Positions 57,769 to 64,000 of a stretch of DNA of 64,000 bases are shown piece after piece. The notes under the pieces are model-generated. The model saw nothing but the letters and a program-made list of their open reading frames with translations, did not search any database and had not been told where the DNA came from. Location: the NCBI RefSeq assembly GCF_009914755.1, contig NC_060927.1, one strand, 5' to 3'. The DNA is from the human T2T-CHM13v2.0 reference genome, Homo sapiens. Both the position numbers and the translations under genes were made by a program. The first letter of the stretch is position 1. Every line of letters begins with the position of its first letter.

Positions 57769-58424
57769 CTTTAAAGAGTAAAAGAATAACTTACGGGAAA
57801 GCACCTATCAGACACATAGTAGGTGCTCAGTAAAGGAATAGCTCCATTTTCTTTCCTTGTTGGCAGAGGAAAAACATTGCAAGATCGTGGGTAGAGAAAT
57901 GAAATGATGAGCGCTATATTATGTTCTTCTCCCTGTTGGAATCATATTGGTGAGAAAGGAATGCCAGGTTCACACATCAAATCCCTGAGTTTTACTTTTC
58001 CCAATCGTCACTGCAGGTATTTTTATCAAGGCGATGGAAAAAACAGTGCTCCCCACTCCTGGTCAATCAAAGAGGTCTCTGCTAAACAACAAATTATGCC
58101 TGTTGCTCAAGGTTCTATCAGATGCCTGGCATCAGATTAGGAGTTCCTTTGAAGAAAAGACTATAGACTCCAATAGAACTCCTTATTAGTCTGCTTTCTG
58201 AGAAGGTGTAATAATATGCTCTCTATGGGAACTACGTAGTCATTTGTTCAACCAACAATTAAGGAGGCACCACTCATAGTTGGTTACATAATTGGCAGAT
58301 ATCTTCCAGTCAGGATTATTTTAGAGGCCATAAAGAACAAAATGGTTTTGCTATAAGTACATTCTCCGTTTAAAAAAAGAAGAAAGATTTAACTGCTCTG
58401 ACATATATACATGGGAAGCCATGT

Positions 58425-58640
58425 ACTATAGTGAATGAGAGTGCAGATTTTGGATTCAAATGGTTCTCAGTTCAAATTTCTTTATTAATTTTGTGGACTT
58501 TGGAAAGTTATTTGACTTTTCTGAAATGCCATTTTCTCACCTGTAAAATAGCAATGGTAATAGCTTACTTTGCAGAGTTGTTCAGAATTACATGAGATAA
58601 TAATATATATTATGTGCTTAGTTCATATGGTGTCTAACCC
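58425..58640 (+). mobile_element. MIR
   Basis: tatagtgaatgagagtgcagattttggattca...tttctcacctgtaaaatag...gaattacatgagataat. Confidence 0.7.
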
Positions 58641-59669
58641 TATAAACAGCGACCAACAAATAGCAGTTACCGCCGTGCCAAAATTGGACAAGCTATCATC
58701 ACCGGGGCTATGTGCCCTGAGTATTTTTGTTTGGCCCTTGTCTTTAGCCAACTGAGCAATACAAAACTGAGTTCCTGAGAAATCTTGGAAACAATGATTC
58801 TTTGGTTCTCACCACCCCCATATTGTGAAGTCCATGATCTTCACATGGCAGATTCTATCCAACCAAAGCCCCTTCAGAATTTTGGAATGGAATTCTCATA
58901 CCACATCCAGTGCTATCATGACTCCATGGGCGTGAGGAGCCTGACTGGGGGCAGGGCGTTCAAATTGCCCTTGGATCTTATCAGCACCTCAGAAATGTTA
59001 CAGCTAGTCAGCTACTAGGAAGTGGAGGCCTAGCCTCTTAATTTTGTTCCTGCTTAGAAATAGGCATACTCTGGGTTTTCATAACCCTGAAAATCTCATA
59101 GCATAGCCCTGAATATTCAGCTTCCCTTATTAGAAATAAAGACCACTCTCCATTTAGAGACTGGCCAAGAAAGAGACTCCTGCTGTTGTAGTAATATGGT
59201 TGCCCTTTGACCCCAGGAAGTTCATTGTGTCTCCTTTCTGACCACAAAAGTTTACTCCAACTCCTCAGGTAAATGTCTCTTCTCTGATAAGGTACCAAGC
59301 TCCAAAGATCTTGAAAGGTTTAATATATACCTTCCAGAACTTTTCATCCACACAACTAGTAGTCTCTTCATACTCTCTTCACAGCACTTGAGGCATTAGG
59401 AGTTGCTCAGTAGGTTGCTGAATTATTGCAACTCAGGAGCCAGACTATGACAGTGAACTGACATGTGTTTGTGGCCACCTAAGCACTGTGTTTTGACAAA
59501 GGAAAAGAACCTTTCGCAGATGCAAGAGAGACTTCTGTTTGATGAGGTGAGCGCAGTGCAAGGGAAGCTGCCTCTTTAGGATACTCTGGACGTAAAATGA
59601 CATAAAATGAAGACAATCATAACAGAACAGCCTCCAACCTAAACAGTGTTCTGGTGCAATAGAATTTAC

Positions 59670-60560
59670 TTTTCACTTTTAAAACTTTTTTAAAAATACA
59701 TGATTATTGTAGACAAATATAGTAATATAGAGAAGTAAATTAAAAAATTAAACATTTTCAAGAAAACCACCAATATCTAGTATTAATGATATAAAATGTA
59801 TCCTCCTAGTCTCTTTTTAATGTATGTATTCATTTTATAAAAATGGTGCCATGGTAAGCATTCTGATATGTAATCTGCTTTTCCCCTAGTACACTGTGAA
59901 CCTTTTCCATAAATATTTCTCTGTAATATTATCTTCCCTAACTTTTGGTAATGTTTTATTATTGTGTCACAATGATTTAACCAGCTATGAATTATCAATA
60001 TTTAGATAGCTTCCAGATTTTCAGAATTATAAAAATAGTTTGATGAGTTACACTGTAGGTGAATGTTTGTTCTTAACCAATATTCTTTTGTTATAATAAA
60101 TTTCTATATATGGTATCTGCTGGGTGAAAGGCTATGTGCAAGACTGTGTTCACACGCCCTGCTATGAACTTTCCTATACAGGACCCCTGTGAGCAGATGC
60201 AATGGTTTGCTTCCTGTGAGTGGACTTTCTGGGTCTTAGGTAAATGACAAGATGATTCTGTTTTCCCATTTCAGTCCCAGTTTACACTTTCTTATCCAAG
60301 GACTCACAGGACTAACTCATTGTTAGTGCCCCCATTTTATTCTCAAAAGTATCTTTGTTGAGGCAGCATTGTATAGGCAATTTGTCACGGGGTAGATAAA
60401 TGCTTACCTTTAAGAGATAATGCAAAACTGTTTTCCAGAGTTGTTGTACCAACTCAATCTCCCTGGTAGTGTATAAGCAATGCTGTGGATCTGTTGTCAG
60501 ACTTTTTTGCTTTTAATGAAATGGTTATAAAATGCTATTTTATAGCCACATGTTAAATAT
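59670..60560 (-). mobile_element. Ancient L1ME-like fragments
   Basis: tttagatagcttccagatttt; gcaaaactgttttccagagttgttgtaccaa. Confidence 0.5.
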
Positions 60561-60589
60561 ACTTTATCTTTTTTTTACATTCTAAATTT

Positions 60590-61168
60590 CGTCAGTGATA
60601 CATTATAATTGTACATATTTATGGGGTACATGTGATATTTTGATACATGCATACTATGTGTAATGATCAAATCAGGGTAATTAGGATATCCATTGCTTCA
60701 AAGATTTGTCATTTCTTTGTGTTGGGAACATTTGAAATCTTCTTTTCTAGCTACTTTGAAATATCCAATAAGTTATTGTTAACTATAGTCACCCTACTGT
60801 GTTCTCAAACACTAGAACTTATTCTTTCTATCTAACTATATTTTTGTACCCATTAACCATAACCTCTTCATCCCTTCCATCCCCTAACCAGCCTTCCCAG
60901 CCTCTGGTAACCATCATTCTCCTCTCTACTTCCATGAGATCAACTTTTTTAGCTTTCACATATGAGTAAAAACATACAATGTTTGTCTATATGCTCTACT
61001 AATGACTTTTATACTTTTACATGTTTTCATGATGGTGATTACTGTCTTTTTGCTTCCAGATGCAGGACTCCCTTCAGTATTTCTTGTAAGACCAGTCTAG
61101 TGGTGACAAATATCTTCAGTTTTTGCTTGCTTTGGAAATACTTTATTTCTCCCTCATTTCTGAAAGAA
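60590..61168 (-). mobile_element. L1MA-like 3'UTR fused to an ORF1-end segment
   Basis: aattgtacatatttatggggtacatgtgatattttgatacatgcat (L1MA 3' end), then from ~60990 ggactcccttcagtatttcttgtaagaccagtctagtggtgacaaat (ORF1 end). Confidence 0.75.
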
Positions 61169-61308
61169 TCATTTTATAATTCTGATATGTATATATATCC
61201 TTTCTTATATAAAAGAGAAAGCATGAGATAATGAATATGAGATTCACATTAGCTCAGATAGGAGGGAGGCATAGGGATGAAATGTGGAGAACTTACAATT
61301 AGCTATCA

Positions 61309-61655
<347 letters not shown>

Positions 61656-61827
61656 GATATGAACATTCACTTTGGTTGGTATTTTCTAAGGATTTATCAG
61701 AAACAAATAAGCAAACAAATGCATGCCATGGGTATGTACTGAACCAAGATTATGATTAATTTATTTCTGTGTACAAGAAATCCAATGAAAAGAAGGAAGG
61801 ATGTGAATATTTGAAGGTTATTTATAG

Positions 61828-63482
61828 CTGAGGGTAGGGAGACACAAGCACCCCTGTGGCCACCAACACTGGGACTACACTGATTCAGACCCAAAGCTAG
61901 CACAGCACTGGGTCTTACCCAAGGCCCATGGCGACCACTGCCTAGGATGTTCCCTCAAAGCCCAAGGGCTCTACAATCAGCAGGTGCCAAATCCAGCCAG
62001 TCTTGTGGTCTTGCCTTCAGGGGGCAAGCTTCCCCCACCCAACCCAGGGCAGGTCCAGAATTGCTGTCTTTGAGCAAGGGCCCAGGATCAGGAACTTTAG
62101 GAATCTACCTGGCGCTCTATTCTACTGTGGCTAAGCTGGCTCCAAAGCCACAAGACAGTCATTCCTACTCTTCCCTCCCCTTTCCTCAAGCAGGGGAGAC
62201 TCTTCCCATGGCCACCACTGCCCCAGGCTTGCAGAAAATACTGCTTGGCTACTACTGATGTTCACTTAAGGCCCAAGAGCTCCTCAGTCAGCTTATGGTG
62301 AACACTGTTAGATCTGGGTCTCTCCCTTCAGGGCAGTGGACTCCCCTCTGGTCCAGGGAGCCAAGGCCTGGAATTAGGAACCCTAAGAGCCCACTTGGTG
62401 CTCTACCCCACTGTGGCCGAGCTGATAACCAAGTGCAAGACAAAGCTCCCTTTACACTCTGCTCTCCTTTTTCCAAGCAGAAAGAGTCCCTCCCCATAGC
62501 CGCCACAGCTGGGAATGTGCTGGGTCTCACCTGAAGTCAGCATGGGACTAGGTCTCATCCAATGCCTGCAGCAAATACTGCCTGGCTACCACTGATGTTT
62601 ATTCTAGGTCCAAGGACTCTTTGGTCAGCAGGTGATGAATCCTTCCGGAACTGGATTCTTCCCTCTAGGCAGTGGGCTCCCTTCTGTCCCAGGGTTTGTC
62701 TAGAAATGTCATCTGGGAGCTAGAACCTGGAATGGGGGCCTCAGGACTCTGCCTGGTGCTCTAACCTACTGTGGCTCAGCTGGTATCCAAGTTTCAAGAT
62801 AAAGTCCTCTTTAGTCTCCCCTATCCTTCCTCAAGCAGAAGAAAGGAATCAGAGCTGAGAGCCGTGCTGCCTGGAGTTGGGGGAGGGGTAACTCAAGCAC
62901 TACCTTGTCATCCCAGCTGGTGTCTCACTAGGTTGTGTGTACCCCAAGTCTACTGGCAAGTACAGCACTGGGACTTGCCAAGGAATTGCAGTCCTTGTGG
63001 CCTAGACTGCCTTTCAAGTTTATTTAGGACCCCAGACCACTTTAGTCCAGAGTGGCGATGCTTTCCAGAACCCAATCGCTGGGATGCATGATTCCCCTCT
63101 GACTAGGGCTGGTCTAAATGCTCCCTCCATGGACACTTGCCGATTTCTGCCCTGCTTTACTTTCCACCGTGAAAGGCAGCACTGAGTTCCAATGCAAAGT
63201 CCCGCAGTCACTGCACCCTCTCTCCCCCAACATGCAGATTCTTTCTCTGGGCCATGTGGCTGCCGCTGCGGAATAGAGGAGGGGTGGTGTTGGCAATTCA
63301 AGACAGTCTTTCCTATCTTCTTCAGTGCCTCTTTCAGTGATATGAAGTTAAAACCATGTACTGTGATCACTCACCTGATTTTGGGGTCTTATAGATGCTT
63401 TCTTTTGTGGATAGTTGTTCAAATTTGGTGTTCCTACAGTGGGGACAATTGCTGGAGGGTGCTATTTGGCCATCTTGCTTCC
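61828..63482 (-). mobile_element. Old L1 (L1M/L1MA-type) 5'UTR-only fragment with three ~310-340-bp internal monomers
   Basis: Starts at L1 5' terminus (ggccatcttg YY1 motif ~63468-63477); monomer anchors gatgtt...ccaag at ~61947, 62257, 62595; flanked by tgaaggttatttatag and tgaagattatttgtag. Confidence 0.8.
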
Positions 63483-63922
63483 TGAAGATTATTTGTAGAT
63501 ACCACTAGATCTGCCCTCAAGAAAGGTTAAACAATTCATATTGTCACAAAAATGTATAAGAGTATGGATTTCACTGTGTCCTAAATTGCTTTATAAGGCT
63601 AAAGTGATTGGATTGGATCCACCTGGGCCATGATACACACCTGAGCTGTGGAACTTCAGTCCCTGATACATGAATGGTAAGGCATTTGATCAACCCTTGC
63701 CATTCTCATCTTTGCTTGAGGCCTGCTCACTTTGGTGTGGTATTGGAGCTAGCATGCAAAGCAGGGCCTACAGCATTTAGCTGAGGGGTGGAACCATCTG
63801 GAATGCCTCTGCCACTGTTGTCTTTAATGGCTTTCAGATGTGAAGAGGATCACATGCTCTCCAGCTGTTTTTATGTTCACTCCAGGAGCATTGTCTCAAA
63901 ATTTCCAAAATATTCTAAAATT

Positions 63923-63957
63923 GGGGGTATAGCTCAGTGGTTGAGCATTTGACTGCA
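63923..63957 (+). pseudogene. Tailless retropseudogene of the 5' half of tRNA-Cys(GCA)
   Basis: GGGGGTATAGCTCAGTGGTTGAGCATTTGACTGCA matches human tRNA-Cys nt 1-35 (one mismatch to the recalled sequence) and stops at the anticodon; flanked by aaaatattctaaaatt (63907-63922) and aaaatattctcaaatc (63957-63972). Confidence 0.9.
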
Positions 63958-64000
63958 AAATATTCTCAAATCTACCAGTTCTGCACCACTATCATCATGA

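Noticed and set aside
61940-62830. Three ~320-bp repeats as a new tandem element
   Set aside because: Best explained as internal monomers of an old L1 5'UTR.
63923-63995. Functional tRNA-Cys gene
   Set aside because: No 3' anticodon stem, T-arm/B-box, 3' acceptor strand or terminator; sequence reverts to the target repeat.

Overview
Primate (most likely human) repeat-rich, AT-rich genomic DNA. I found no convincing cellular protein-coding exon, no CRISPR array and no intact RNA gene. A plausible + strand promoter and non-coding first exon (~1.15-1.55 kb, donor AAG|GTAGGT) suggests the rest of the window is one long intron; I could not identify the host gene. The window holds about 10 Alu/FLAM elements, one full-length inactivated L1PA3-like element (21480-27601, minus) and several truncated L1s. 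It also holds MaLR solo LTRs, hAT/Tigger MER elements, MIR/L2/CR1 relics and microsatellites, including a ~200-bp interrupted GAA tract. I cannot support a new gene system. The most unusual signals are non-canonical insertion and repair products. These are a TSD-flanked tailless 5' half of tRNA-Cys(GCA), a TSD-flanked 5'UTR-only L1, a polyadenylated ERV-LTR 3'-end retrocopy, two fold-back templated scars inside the full-length L1, and two local tandem duplications each hit by an L1. Repeat subfamily names and consensus comparisons are from memory and need RepeatMasker/Dfam confirmation.
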